Below are positions 44,170 to 57,609 of a stretch of 64,000 nt of DNA, one piece after another (the stretch's first letter is position 1; every line of letters starts with the position of its first letter). The notes beneath the pieces were generated by a model. The model was not told the origin of the DNA, ran no database searches, and saw only the letters and a program-made list of their open reading frames with translations. The DNA comes from Macrostomum lignano. Its lineage: Eukaryota. Both the position numbers and the translations under genes were made by a program. The stretch is from positions 10,860-74,859 of the forward strand of contig NIVC01002171.1 of the NCBI GenBank assembly GCA_002269645.1. The letters are read 5' to 3'.

Positions 44170-47100
44170 GACTTGACTTACTTGACTTAGCTGCAGGGCT
44201 GTCCCGGAGGGGACACAGCGGGAAGGCGCGGGCGCCCATTCCGCTAGTCCCTGAACGGCCGACGCGTCGCTGGACGGAGGGTTGGCGCCGCCCAGGGAGG
44301 TCCCCCAGTGTCGCCAGCAGCTATAGTGCTCTCTGGAAAGGAGAGTTCAGCCCTGCGGGTGGCCCGAAGGTAGCGCATGAGCTGATTAAAGTTTTCGGGT
44401 TTGCACGCTTCAGTAATAGATGTGTGTGGCCCGAGGTAAGTGAGTCTGGCCCGCGTGAAGGCGGGACAGATGCTGACGAAATGCTCAGCGGTTTCGTCAC
44501 CTGAGTTGCAGAAACTACAGGTGGCGTTGGTGGCGTTGCCCTGCAGGTACTGGTGCCTGGAGAAGCAGCCGTGACCAGAGAGGGTCATGGTGGCAGCCCG
44601 GATGTCTCTGCGCGAGAGGCGCAAGAGGAGCTTCCGGAGCTGGTGAGAGGGCTGAGAGGGCTGAGGGCTGAGGGATTGCCTGCAGGTAGTGCAGTTCGCC
44701 CAAGTCGAGCGATGCTGGGTCCTGATCCACACTTTGATGCGCGAGTCGATGACACAGCCAGGAATCGGGACAAGGGGTTCGGGACCGAGAGAGGAGCCGG
44801 AGGCACCAACTTTTGCAAGGGTGTCAGCCAACTCATTTCCTCGGATCCCCACATGCCCCGGAACCCACTTAAGGGTAATTTTGTTGGTGGAACCCAACAC
44901 GTTGAGGAGTTTGATACAGTCAAGGACTGTAGCAGAGTTGGTGCTGCAGCCACTGATGGCGTGCAAGGCAGCTTGGCTGTCCGAATGGAAAATGATGTTC
45001 TTACCAGTAACGCCAGTGGCGAGAAGCTCTGCAGTGCAGGAGCTGATGGCCAGAACTTCATTTTGGAAAACACTGGAGTTGACCCCAGTGTATTGAGCGT
45101 GGGTAGCGATGACCCTCCCGTTCAGAAAGATTCCAACACCAAAGCCGGTGTTGGCTGACTGCTTAGAACCGTCGGTGTAGCAATGAAGCTCACCAAGGTT
45201 CCATTGGTCATTGATGTTATCGCGCGAGTCGATAGCTACGCAGTAGCGCTGTCTCAGGTTGAGCGTTGAGGCAATGCCATCGGTGAAGACGCGATTGGCC
45301 TGACACTCGTTGAGAAAGTTGAGGCACAGGTCGCTATGCGGGACAAGGTTCCGCTTAGCAGGTGCTCTCATGTAAATGAATTTGACGCCGGCATCAATTA
45401 GACGCCGCGTCGTTCTAGCCGCCTCACCCCTGACGAAGAGGTCAAGAGGCGGTAGATTAAGGAAGGCCCCCATGCCAGCCAAGTGCTCGTCGGAGCTGGG
45501 CCAGGATGGCTGAGGCACGCTTGGCTTTTGCTTTCACGTGGAAGGACCAGTTGAGCCTGTGGTCAAGTGTGACCCCGAGACATCTGGTCTGGTGCGCGAA
45601 GGCAATATCTCTGCCGTAGAGCTGCAGAGGACGTATGTTCCAGCGTAGTCTGCTGGTAAAGATAATGGCAACGGTTTTGGGCTCAGAGAGTTCCAGACCA
45701 TTGTCATTGGCCCAGGATTCTGCTTTGCGGATAAAGCTCTGCATCAGATCCCTGAGCGTGCTGGGAGACGGTCCTGCCACAATGGCCGTGACGTCATCAG
45801 CATACCCGACTTTGAAGACGGGGTCGGGTCGGGAGTCACTCAGAAGAGCGTCCATGACCAGGTTCCAGAGCGTCGAGGTGAGGACTCCGCCTTGGGGTCC
45901 ACCCTTACAGACTCTGGTGGAGGCAGTTTGCCCAAGAAGTTGGGCAGTGACCGTACGGTTGGAGATCATGTACATGATCCACCGTATGAGGGTAGCATGA
46001 GCTTTGCGATTTTGAAGGGCCCTCTGAAACGCTTCAAAGATAACGTTGTCGAAGGCGCCAACAATGTCAAGAAAGAGAGCCAGGGCGTAACCGTCACCCA
46101 GTACCGCCCGTTCAATCTTCTCGACAATCGCATGCAGGGCGCTGTCAGTCGACCTCCCGGTACGGAAGGCGTGCTGATTATTGCTGAGGGGCATCGCTGT
46201 CAGCTCGCAGGATAGCAGCCGCCAGAGAATAAGCCTCTCAGTGAGCTTAAGCATTGCTGACGTTAAGCTAATAGGCCGGAAGGCCTTGACGCTTTGGTAG
46301 TCACCCTTCCCACGTTTGGGAATAAAGACTACCCGAGCTTCAGTCCAGCATTTGGAAACGTATCCCAGCTGGATAGAGGCCCGCATAAGATTGCGGGTGA
46401 GTCTCAGGAACGAGGGTATCTTGGCTGCTTCACGAAGGAGAACAGGGTAGATACTATCAGGTCCAGGAGATTTGAAGGGTTTGAAGGTTCTGACCGCACG
46501 AGCGATTAGGTCTTCAGTAACAATGCCCGCCGCTAGGGTGGCTCCATCCATCGAATGGTTGGGCTCCGGTCTAGCAGTAGGTACCCTCGGGAAGAATGTG
46601 CTAAGCATATGCTGAAGCACTTCTTCAGGGTCTTTAGTAAGAGAGCCATCATCTTTTTTGATCATGGCTAATTTGGATATTTTGTCCATTGTAAGGGCCT
46701 TGACAAGCCTAGAAGTAGGTCTGTCTTGATCCAATTCATTGCAGAATTGGCGCTACTTACATTCCTTGGCCTTGCGCACTTCAGATTTGAAATTGCGGGA
46801 GGCTTGCCGGAAAAGCTCCATGTCCTCCGGGTTTCCGGTCTTCATGGCACGGCGATGAAGGCTTTTGGCCTTCCGCCTGAGTTTCCCCAGCTCCGGGTTC
46901 CACCACGGCGCCGAGGTCTTGCCTTTGTAGGCGCGAGCAGGACAAGCCGCTTCGTAGGCTGCAATAATGCAACCTGTCAGCGTCTCAGCCATATGATCCA
47001 CATCCTCGCAGGTCTCAATCGGTCGTAAGTCCGTGAGTTCCTGCAGGTTCAGATCAAGGGCAGCCTTGTAGGCCGCCCAATCAGTGTTGCGGATATTGCG

Positions 47101-48586
47101 TCTCCAAGTGATCGGAGACTGGGTTTTAGTGTCCGCGATGTTAAAGGCGATAAAGCAGTGGTCGGACAGGGAGGGCTCCTCAGACCAGACTCTCCACTCC
47201 TCAACTCTGTCAAAGAGTCTTGGGGTAACGAGTGTGGCGTCGAGGACCTCGGTCCATCTGCCATTATTAAAGGTAGGAGTGCTGCCGCGGTTGCAGAGCA
47301 TGAGGTTTGTGTTAGAGATGAGGGCCAGAAGCTCCTCTCTAGTGTTGGTATCTTTGCTGCCCCAGTGCTTGTGGTGCGCGTTAAGGTCGCCCCCTAAGCA
47401 CAGCTCAGCGTTCTGGGACTCGCAGTACTGCGCAAGGCGCAGTAAACTCTCAGGAGCAGGGTCTCTGTCGCCTGGGATATAAACCGAGGCAACAAGACAC
47501 GTACGCGGAGAGAAATGATTAGATTGGATGACGCAAAGCTCTCCATCAGAGAGATCAGTCCTCAGCCAAGCCTGGAGATGGCTAGCAGCGAGGATAGCCG
47601 CTCTAGGGCGGCTGTTCCCCGGGCCACACACATAAAAATCAGAGTAGCCAGAGGGAATGTTGGGCAACTTACCGTTGCGCATCCAGGGTTCCTGGATCAG
47701 GATGAGGCCTGGCCTGTACAGCTCAGCAATCTTCATCAGATTTACTGACGCAGATACGCAATGCTGTAAATTAATTTGCAGACAGAATGTCGCTCCTTTG
47801 GCAGCGTGGAGCTTAGTCATACTGTATTAAATGCAATGTCTGGCTAGAGCCCAGGGCCATCAAGGAGACTTGGACAACAGATCGTCCTCGTCCCAGGCCG
47901 CTGGGGCTTGACTGGGAGATGGGAGTTGGTCGACGTCCATGGCCTCCTCACCCCCACCGGCCCCCCAGCAGAGTCCTCAGGCTCCGATGACAGGATGGAG
48001 GAAGCTTCCTCCCCTGCATCTTTACCTTCAGACCCCACCAGGGTGGCCGAGGAGAGCTCGGATTCCGAAGACCCGGCCTCGTCCTCAACTCCTTCTCCGA
48101 CTGGCAGGTTTGGTTCCCGGGGCTTGGCCGGAGCCGTTACCGCGGTCGCCGAACTGCTGCTAGCAGAGGGGCGAGATGCAGCTTTGGCTTTGGGATCGGC
48201 TTGCGCCTTTCCTTGGGCCTTAGACTGCGCCCCGCTCTTGCCGGAGATGCCGGGGTTGGCAGTAGCCTTCCCTTTGGCAGACTTTCCTCGGCGCATCTTG
48301 AGCTTGAGGGCACCCAGCTGGAAAGAGGATCCATTAGGGTACCGACTCGCCCAAGTGCTGGAAAGGCCGAGGACAATTGAGTTGCCCGTCTACCCCCTGC
48401 GGACTCGGCGGTGATACACCAGTCCACTAGCAGGGAGGTCGGGGTTCAGACGCAGTAGGACCCGGCGGATAACGTCTGGTCCAGCTGCGGTGCTCTTAGC
48501 AGGGACGAAAACCACATAGGGTATCGTCTTTGGACGCTGGCCCTCGCGAAGAAAAAGAGCTCCGCCAAGGTCAGCATCCAAGGAGA
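44170..48586 (-). mobile_element. 5'-truncated LOA/Lian-like non-LTR retrotransposon (ORF1 end; APE-RT-RNase H-zinc knuckle ORF2)
   Basis: 11-bp TSD TCTTGCCTGTT (44159-44169, 48587-48597). APE (QINLQH, GGDLNAHH, SDH), RT (YADD), RNase H (YTDGSK, WVPGH) and a CCHC motif, plus an (AAGTC/TAAG)-like tail. In-frame stops at 48390 and 46753 and a frameshift near 45510. Confidence 0.92.
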
Positions 48587-48852
48587 TCTTGCCTGTTTCT
48601 GCAGATCCCAATATTTCATTAAAATCATTCAGATTGCTTTCCGTTTCGCAAATGTTCGAAGTGTCAAATTGTTTGTTATGTTTATGTTTCAATTCTGCAC
48701 TGTGGAGTGTCTCTGCAGAAACGTTGGAAGGAACGCTCACAAAACAGAAGACAACAGATGAGAAAAGGAGACAATTTCTTTTGGCGAAGTTAAGTTTTTT
48801 CCTGCCAGGCGCTACTGCTAGTCAGTAGAAAGTAACGTTCTTCTTCTTCTCT

Positions 48853-49867
48853 CAGTGGCGTCGCCAACGGGGGGACAGGGGGGACAGGTCCCCTCCAGTA
48901 AAAGATCTGGGGGGACATACCAATGCTTTGTCCCCCTCACCCCCACCTTGTGGCCCGTTGTGAAAATCAATAACTTTTGGTGCCTGTGGCGCTAAAATGA
49001 GTGCCTGCGGCGCTAAAATGGTGCCTGTGGCGCTAAAATGAGTGCCTGTGGCGCTAAAATGAGTGCCTGCGGCGCTAAAATGGTGCCTATGGCGCTAAAA
49101 TGAGTGCCTGCGGCGCTAAAATGGTGGTGTGGCGCTAAAATGAGTGCTTGCGGCGCTGAAATGAGTGCCTGTGGCGCTGAAATGAGTGCCTGTGGCGCTG
49201 AAATGAGTGCCTGTGGCGCTGAAATGAGTGCCTGCGGCGCTAAAATGAGTGCCTGCGGCGCTAAAATGAGTGCCTGCGGCGCTGAAATGAGTGCCTGCGG
49301 TGCTGAAATGAGTGCCTGCGGCGCTAAAATGGTGGTGTGGCGCTGAAATGAGTGCCTGCGGCGCTGAAATGAGTGCCTGTGGCGCTAAAATGAGTGCCTG
49401 CGGCGCTAAAATGAGTGCCTGCGGCGCTAAAATGAGTGCCTGCGGCGCTAAAATGAGTGCCTGCGGCGCTAAAATGAGTGCCTGCGGCGCTAAAATGAGT
49501 GCCTGCAGTGCTATAATGAGTGCCTGCGGCGCTAAAATGAGTGCCTGCGGTGCTGAAATGAGTGCCTGCGGCGCTAAAATGAGTGCCTGCAGTGCTATAA
49601 TGAGTGCCTGCGGCGCTAAAATGAGTGCCTGCGGCGCTAAAATGAGTGCCTGCGGCGCTAAAATGAGTGCCTGCGGCGCTAAAATGAGTGCCTGCGGCGC
49701 TAAATGAGTGCCTGCGGCGCTAAAATGAGTGCCTGCAGTGCTATAATGAGTGCTGAAAACACCGATTATGAAAATAATGTACATGTAGGAATTTCGTCGC
49801 GTACATGTACATCTAGAATTCTTGGCTTTGTCCCCCCCCCACCATAAAATCCGTGGCGACGCTTTCG
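48853..49867. mobile_element. hAT-like MITE filled by a 21-bp minisatellite (48980-49755)
   Basis: Left terminus CAGTGGCGTCGCCA, degenerate right terminus TGGCGACGCTTTCG, 7/8 TSD (TCTTCTCT / TATTCTCT), internal (GCGCTAAAATGAGTGCCTGCG)n. Confidence 0.68.
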
Positions 49868-50946
49868 TATTCTCTTATTTGAGGTAGAGCAGCTCAGGGG
49901 TAAACGAGTCTAGCTCCCGAGCCACCCGCGGCCACCTGGTTCGCTTCAGTGCGCGCGGCCTCATTCATTCAGTTTGAGGGCCAGCTTCCAAGGCACAGAG
50001 AGTGCACATGCAGCTGTACACCCTGTTAGACCGTTGTGTGAATGCGAGCCTGCGTACAGCATTGGTGCGCTTGTGTGTTGAGCAGGAGCTTCAATTCTGG
50101 TTGAGTAGGAAGTGAAGACTGCATCAGCAGGTGTCAAGAGTTTTCAATCATGTGCTGAGATTTCATTATTAAACAACAGGACACGCTGCAAAAGAAGAAG
50201 CTATGCAGTGTTTTTAATCATCAAGTTTGCTGAATAGACACCTGACAATAAGCTTCGACATCTGAACACGAGAATAATCATCATCTGAGCGATTTGTGAG
50301 GCTTGTGAAGCTGAAGGTGAAAATCCAAGAGGTCCGCACAGCTTGTACTGTCGTGGCTACAGCTAATACAGCCTGACTTCAGCTTGAGAATACATTGCAT
50401 TATAGCCTGCCTATAGATCCGTGCCGATCCCATTCAGTGAATTGGAGAAGGGCATTGAGAAGTGTATTCTATGTACCTTCAGCTCAGACAGTGAGACTGT
50501 CTTCGGCCTGCCCCCAGCCCGCCCTAATAAATAATAAACTGACAAGTCGTGTCAAGCCTGCACGGAAGAGCTGAGCAGTTCAGATGCAGCTGGAAGCGGC
50601 ATCAACTCCAGTCTGTTTCTATGGCACTGGGGGTCTTGGAGTTAATCACAGCTTTTAGCCCCGAATAAGCACCGCCTGACATCTCAGTGGGGGTGACGCC
50701 ATTAGACCATTTGGTTGGCCTGCCCGGGGCTGGGTCAGGAACGCAGCTGACGGGAAACTCCTTAGCTGCCTCTCAAGTTATATCTGTGTATTAATGCTTG
50801 TTTTTTTGCGACAGGCTTCCGTGCTGGCTTCAGTTCCCTGCCAGCATGAATAATTAGACAGTTGAGTCCCGGTGCACGTGCCTTGGGCCTCACTGGCTTT
50901 GAGGGGCTCCAGGCCTGGGGCAAAACTCTTTTCATGACTTGCCGAC

Positions 50947-51293
<347 letters not shown>

Positions 51294-51654
51294 TCTCACA
51301 ATCCGTTCTACTCATTCCTCATTGGCTGCTCACTTTTCCCAGACAGTCGCTGAGTGGCTAAAACTCTCTGTTAGCTTGCAGAAGATCCACTTTGCTCAAG
51401 GTTGTAGTTGACCCTACTCAGGGCCAAGCATCCGGATATGAAGGCATCCGGAGCTGCTATGTGTTTTTAATCTAATAATTTGAGTTTCGACTGACTTCCC
51501 GATGTTGAGCAAGTGGCTGATTCCTGTACTTTGCTGGATGTCGGTGAGGTGAGCGGAGAAATCCTTTACTCACTCCTCACTGCTAACATTTCAGACTTTT
51601 GGGACTTTGTAGTCTTCACTATTTCCTTTTTCCTACTTTATTTCTCCTATATCT

Positions 51655-52010
51655 CCCCTCTCCCTCTCGCCAGTCCCACTCTCCCTCTCGCCAGTCCCAC
51701 TCTACCTCTCGCCAGTCCCACTCTACCTCTCGCCAGTCCCACTCTACCTCTCGCCAGTCCCACTCTACTCCTATCCACTCCCACTCTACCTCTCGCCAGT
51801 CCCACTCTACCTCTCGCCAGTCCCACTCTACTCCTCTCCACTCCCACTCTACCTCTCTCCACTCCCACTCTACCCCTCTCCACTCCCACTCTACCCCTCT
51901 CCACTCCCACTCTACCCCTCTCCAGTCCCACTCTACCTCTCGCCAGTCCCACTCTACCTCTCGCCAGTCCCACTCTACTCCTCTCCACTCCCACTCTACC
52001 TCTCTCCACT
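51655..52010. repeat. 21-bp minisatellite CCCACTCTACCTCTC(GCCAGT/TCCACT)
   Basis: ~17 tandem units. Confidence 0.92.
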
Positions 52011-52187
52011 CGAAAATTTCTGGAATGTGAAAAAAAATGGAATTAGGATACCAATTTTTTGTTTGACCGGATCAGATTACGGAACTCTCCGTTGTTTTGT
52101 ACATCAGTCGTGTGATTTGATGGCTGACGTAAAGGCGTTTGGAACGAGTTTCAAACAGCAGATTTTTTTCAACGCTAATGCTTGCAG

Positions 52188-55100
52188 GCTCACGGTCAAG
52201 GCAGTTTGCTACATGGACTTCAGGAAATTCCCTGTTGACCGGCAGACATGTCCGCTGTTCATTGGCAGCTGTGAGTCAAGAGCTCAGTTCGGAATGTGGT
52301 ACAAAGACCTCTGATTATCCAATGTCTAGCTGGATTCAACTAAAAACGCATTCCAGTCGCGTACGACTCGCACAACTTGGTGTACCTGTGGTGGGAGGAG
52401 GCCAGAGCCGGCCCGCACCTGCATTACATTCCCGACACGGTGGTCAATTCAACTAACAAAAATCTGGGCGTAGAGGTGACCGCCATGGCGCAGTTTCTGT
52501 TCCGTCAGGAGAGGGTGCTGTTCTCGCATCAGCATACCCGGTTAGGGAAAGGTGAGTCTGGCAAAAACCCTCCGCATCCTGAAAGACATAAGTCACCTCT
52601 GGAGTTTGATAGTCCACTCAGCCATGTCTTCTAGGGTAGCTTGAAGAAATATCAACCAGATTGAATTATCGTTGACCATTTTTTAAACGAAGGAGTTTAA
52701 TCCGTTTATCCTGTGTTTCCCAACCTGTGTAAGTTCAGCTGATGGGGCGGTCCCAACTTTGCATTAGTTGAACTAATTTTACTGCTTAAACAAAAAGCTG
52801 GATACGATAGAGGAAACGATACTTTTCAGAGTATCGAAACCTGCTCAGCATGACCATTCCGCTGGAGAGGATGATCGGATTCTATGTACTGCAGATCTAC
52901 CTGCCCTCCTACATGACTGTGGCGATCTCCTGGGTCAGCTTCTGGATCAACAGGGAGGCGACCCCGGCCCGTGTGACTCTCTGTGCGTTTCTCAGCCTTC
53001 ATTGTGTACTTTAGCATTCTTTGCTTTTGAAGTGTGCTGAGTTGCTTGCAAATTGATTTTTGATTGATTTTTGTGTGTTTGTGAATTAGTGAGAATCTCA
53101 ATTAGTGTGCTTATGGATTTGTGTGCCTGTGAATTGGTGTGCTTGTGGATTGGTGTGCTTGTGGATTGGTGTGCTTCTGGATTGATGTGCTTGTGGATTG
53201 GTGTGCTTGTAGATTGGTGTGCTTGTGGATTGGTGTGCTTGTGGATTAGTGTGCTTGTGGATTGGTGTGCTTGTAGATTGGTGTGCTTGTGGATTGGTGT
53301 GCTTGTGGATTGGTGTGCTTGTGGATTGGTGTGCTTGTGGATTGGTGTGCTTGTGAATTGGTGTGCTTGTGAATTGGTGTGCTTGTGGATTGGTGTGCTT
53401 GTGGATTGGTGTGCTTGTGGATTGGTGTGCTTGTGGATTGGTGTGCTTTGGGATTGGTGTGCTTGTGGATTAGTGTGCTTGTGGATTGGTGTGCTTGTGG
53501 ATTGGTGTGCTTGTGGATTGGTGTGCTTGTGGATTGGTGTGCTTGTGGATTGGTGTGCTTGTGGATTGGTGTGCTTGTGGATTGGTGTGCTTGTGGATTG
53601 GTGTGCTTGTGGATTGGTGTGCTTGTGGATTTGTGTGCTTGTGGATTAGTGTGCTTGTGGATTGGTGTGCTTGTAGATTGGTGTGCTTGTGGATTGGTGT
53701 GCTTGTGGATTGGTGTGCTTGTGGATTGGTGTGCTTGTGGATTAGTGTGCTTGTGGATTGGTGTGCTTGTGGATTGGTGTGCTTCTGGATTGGTGTGCCT
53801 GTGGATTGGTGTGCTTTGGGATTGGTGTGCTTTGGGATTGGTGTGCTTGTGGATTAGTGTGCTTGTGGATTGGTGTGCTTGTGGATTAGTGTGCTTGTGG
53901 ATTGGTGTGCTTGTGGATTGGTGTGCTTGTGAGTTGGCTATTTTGGTGAGGTGTTGGTGCTAGGGTTAGTGTTAATCGGTGATAGATTAAGCATGAGTAC
54001 ATGATGAGGAATGTAAGGTTGCTTAGTGGTTTGTTATTAGTAATAAAGAGATGTATTTGCAGGAGATTGAAACTTTATGTTTTCAAGTTTTAACCCTCAA
54101 TTTTTTAACTCTAACCCTTTCTCCGACTAAAACCGGTTGACAAGCTTATTGTTCACCTATAATTCATCGGAACCCCGCAGCAATCACAACGCTGCTCACA
54201 AGCGTCACCATCACGCTGACTGGCCGCATCGGCCTGCCGAAGGTGTCCTACGCCACCGCTCTGGACGTCTTCCTGCTGGTCTGCTTCTTCTTCGTGTTCT
54301 CCGCCCTGCTGGAGTACGCGGGAGTGAACTATTTCACCAAGACTGGCAATGTGGAAATTCCCAGGAGACCCCAGGTGCGCGGCTTAGCGGTGCTCAACTG
54401 TGTAATCAAAATAATCAGCCGCGCGCTGATAAGTAGCTTTACATCTCTCCTTTATACACAATTATTTCGGCTCCCGTTGTAGCTTGGGAAAGTATATCTC
54501 CAAGGAGGTTAATTTTTATTTGTTATTTGTACAAGCGTATTATATATGATTATTGATTTCAAATACCTCAGCCCTAGGCATAATCTCAAAGCTAGATGCT
54601 GGAGTATTAACGTCTATAGATCAGTACAATAAACTGGCAGGTGCTACCTGAAGCAACAAGTTTTACCTAAATGTTAATGCCTGTTAGTAGTAGCCGTTAG
54701 CCAGCGCTCTTATGTTCCAGCGGCCCAGGCTCGATTCTAAGCGCAGTCAAATTGTAATATTATGGATTGAAATTTTGCTAACTGCTAAATTGGAATGTTC
54801 GCTTGGGTCTGCTTGGGTCTGACGCCATTGACGCACACAGCCCCCACCCTGTCTCAAGTAGACAATGTCTGTTAAAAATGCAGAAAATATTTCACATTTA
54901 TTGTAAGTCAAAATTTCCTACGCTGCTCAGGCTTCTATCGACTCCGCCGAGCCCGAAGCGACCACTCTGAAGAATGCGGGCGCTCAGTTGATTGAGGAAG
55001 ACGACTCGCAGACACGGAACAGACTGCATCGCCGGCCACACTCGCAAAGAGACAGCAATCAATGGAGACCGAACTTCTCCAACGACGGACACGTCGAAGA

Positions 55101-55344
55101 AGCCGCTGGCCGACCAACCGGCGTTGGCGGCGGCGACTCCTGCCCGAGCATGTTCCTGCACTGCCTGCGCGGAGACAGGAAGTACATGCTGCTGAAGGAG
55201 AGCCGTAGAACATCCGGTCCCAACTCGGAGTCCTGCATCGATCGGGCGTCTCGATTCATATTTCCAGCCTCGTTCCTGGCCGTGAATGTGCTGTACTGGC
55301 TGGCTCTCTTCTTGGGCGACGAGTTTCGAGTGGAGCCGGAGTGA
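52188..55344 (+). CDS. Cys-loop ligand-gated anion channel subunit, GABA-A/GRD-like (exons 52188-52270, 52357-52551, 52830-52982, 54181-54374, 54931-55344); N-terminal exons not located
   Basis: Cys loop [17 protein letters not shown]1 [24 protein letters not shown] motif before TM2, [15 protein letters not shown]3, and TM4 [13 protein letters not shown]. All junctions are GT-AG and phase-consistent. Confidence 0.92.
53105..53935. repeat. 16-bp intronic minisatellite GCTTGTGGATTGGTGT
   Basis: ~50 tandem units. Confidence 0.96.
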
Positions 55345-56310
55345 TGAAGGCAACAGCCAGCAGAGACAAAATCGTACAAAAAAGTTTGCCTGAGAAACAT
55401 TTCATAAAGTTGGAAACCTGCTTTAATGAAAAATACAGTTTTACAGATGCTTTGGAACTTGTTACTTATTTAATTAAGCAGCCTGTTTATAAGACAAGCT
55501 GCTCGAGCTTAACATGCTCAATAAACTTCCGTCAAATTTATTCTGAGTTCTACTCAAGTGTAGCAACATCTGCTGCAGTTGAAGTCTTCTCAGACATACG
55601 AGCGTACGAATATTTTCATATTGCACCCTTGGTTCCCAAATATTGCACTGCATTTTTATGTGATGCACGCAAAATTTATGGTTATGGTCCAAATTTTCAA
55701 CTTCCCAAAGAGTTACAATTTTATATGTACTTAACTTCAAAAGCAATCCATCAGGTGCAAAAAGAAACACTAGGGCGAACAGAGAAAAATTAGCCTTTCG
55801 TTGCTGAGTTCGATTAGGAAAAGCTCTTCCTTCCAGGTATGGATCTCACACAGTCTCGTATCTACGCACGGAGTTACTCAGATCATTATCTATATAACTA
55901 GGTACATTAACCGGCATTCTTCTCCCCATAGGATAGAAAAGAAACATATGACATCCCGAAGCACTGAGATCTACGAAAATCTGGCACCCCGCGTCGCCCT
56001 CTCTGGTGTTTTTGATGGACCAACTAGTCAATAGGTCGTCTCTTGCTGCGAACGTTTTGGTGCTCGCGAATAAGCCTAGAAGTAATACGGGTCTGCAGCG
56101 CTAACCAGCCCGAGTGAAGACTCAAATGAAGGAGGCCTGCCAGTCTCAGAGCTCATTAAGCGCGCAGCTTTCTGTCATGACTTACAGCATCTGATTGATA
56201 TTTTTTGTCCTGAAATATCCAGAATCCAGTAGGCTCTTAATTTCGATATCCAGTGGGCACTCACACGCGTGCGCCGGACAGTAAGAACCAGCTTACTTGA
56301 GTATTGCACC

Positions 56311-56340
56311 CAGGGACTACTAAGTATTTAGTAGTCCCTG
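56311..56340. mobile_element. 30-bp palindromic P-like TIR remnant with a perfect 8-bp TSD
   Basis: ATTGCACC | CAGGGACTACTAA-GTAT-TTAGTAGTCCCTG | ATTGCACC. Confidence 0.85.
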
Positions 56341-57609
56341 ATTGCACCCTGTACAAACTATCTTAGTACATAGACTAGGGATTCAAGGATACAATGAAAG
56401 CGTTCCAGTAAAACTAAAATCTGATACCTACTGTTAAATACGTTTGCTACTTTGGCAAAAATCGTGTCGGACAAGGTGTGAAAGAGCGCCTCTTCTGTCA
56501 CCTCTCGCGTCGCTCGCATGCACTTCCGGTCGATCTCTTTATTGAGTACCGAGTTACTGACTGCAGCTATTGAAAATATTTAATTTCGGGTTGTCCGACA
56601 ACTTTTTTGGGGTCCATTTTGTAACTTTACTTGCTGTATCGCAGCACGTGGTACTCCCAACGTTACCTACTCTTCCTCTTAGGGGTTCTTGCAAGTCTGA
56701 GGTCATTAAAGATCAATCAAGGCTATGTCCAGCAAGGTGAAAATACTAATAAAAGTAGTAATTACAGCGAGGTTCTGGCCTTAAATTGGTCGTGAAAGGG
56801 CCCATAGGCTATCTTGCAGATTTATTAAGACTAATTATCATACCAGCTACTATGTTGTAAGTTAGCCACAGTGCCATATACACGGCAACATCGTTTCCAT
56901 TTTCAAATAGTTGCTTGATTGAATAACTTACTGACCACTGTTTGTCCATTTGGCTTATTGCGACCCTCCTATAAGGCTTAGACGTAACTACTCAATTGAG
57001 CGGAAAAGATCAAGATGAAGCAATTGGTCGAATTTTAGCTTAACTTCACTCGCAACTTCTTAAATTTTTATGCGCTAGTAAAGTCATTGAAAAGACGCTT
57101 GCCTGCCTTGCGAATACCAAGCAATCAAGCAAAGTGCAATATAAAATCAAACTACTGAAAGAGAGGCCAGATAAAGAGTGCTCCTAATTAAGCACGCTTA
57201 AATGGCCTCTCAAAACCAACAAATCAGATATTGAGGCTGTCTGTGGCCTGGAAAATTCGCGACCAAATAGACCAGACTGCGGACTCTTTTTGCACAGCTG
57301 TCTCCGGGCGAACTGGGCGTCAGAAAAGCATTAGCTAATTGACTCGAGCGAGCCTCGGGTTTCCCGTGACAGAGCGCAAACTGCAGGACTCAAATGAGTC
57401 TGCTCCCTGGCTATCCATTTTCTTATTTCCTGAGACTTTAACTACTGACCAAGAGATTTTATACGACGGCGGTGACTACAGACTTGATGCTGCAGGCATG
57501 CGTTTGCGGATTCTTGATTACATTGTCCGCTAACTACGAATGTGTTATTATTTGGTCCATTATTAGTAAAAATTCTGCATTTGCAAACCGGATCGTTTCT
57601 TATGGCTTA

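Noticed and set aside
49104-49784. Repetitive ORFs (MSACGAK / APQALIL); similar cases at 51513-52046 and 53071-53963
   Set aside because: Products of 21-bp and 16-bp minisatellites inside a MITE or introns; no domain signal.
51540-51600. GEILYSLLTANIS as a possible upstream exon of the Cys-loop channel
   Set aside because: No usable GT donor in the needed phase, and the rest of the frame does not match.
55341-55793. 150-aa ORF directly after the channel stop codon
   Set aside because: AT-rich, no motif, and lies in the expected 3' UTR.
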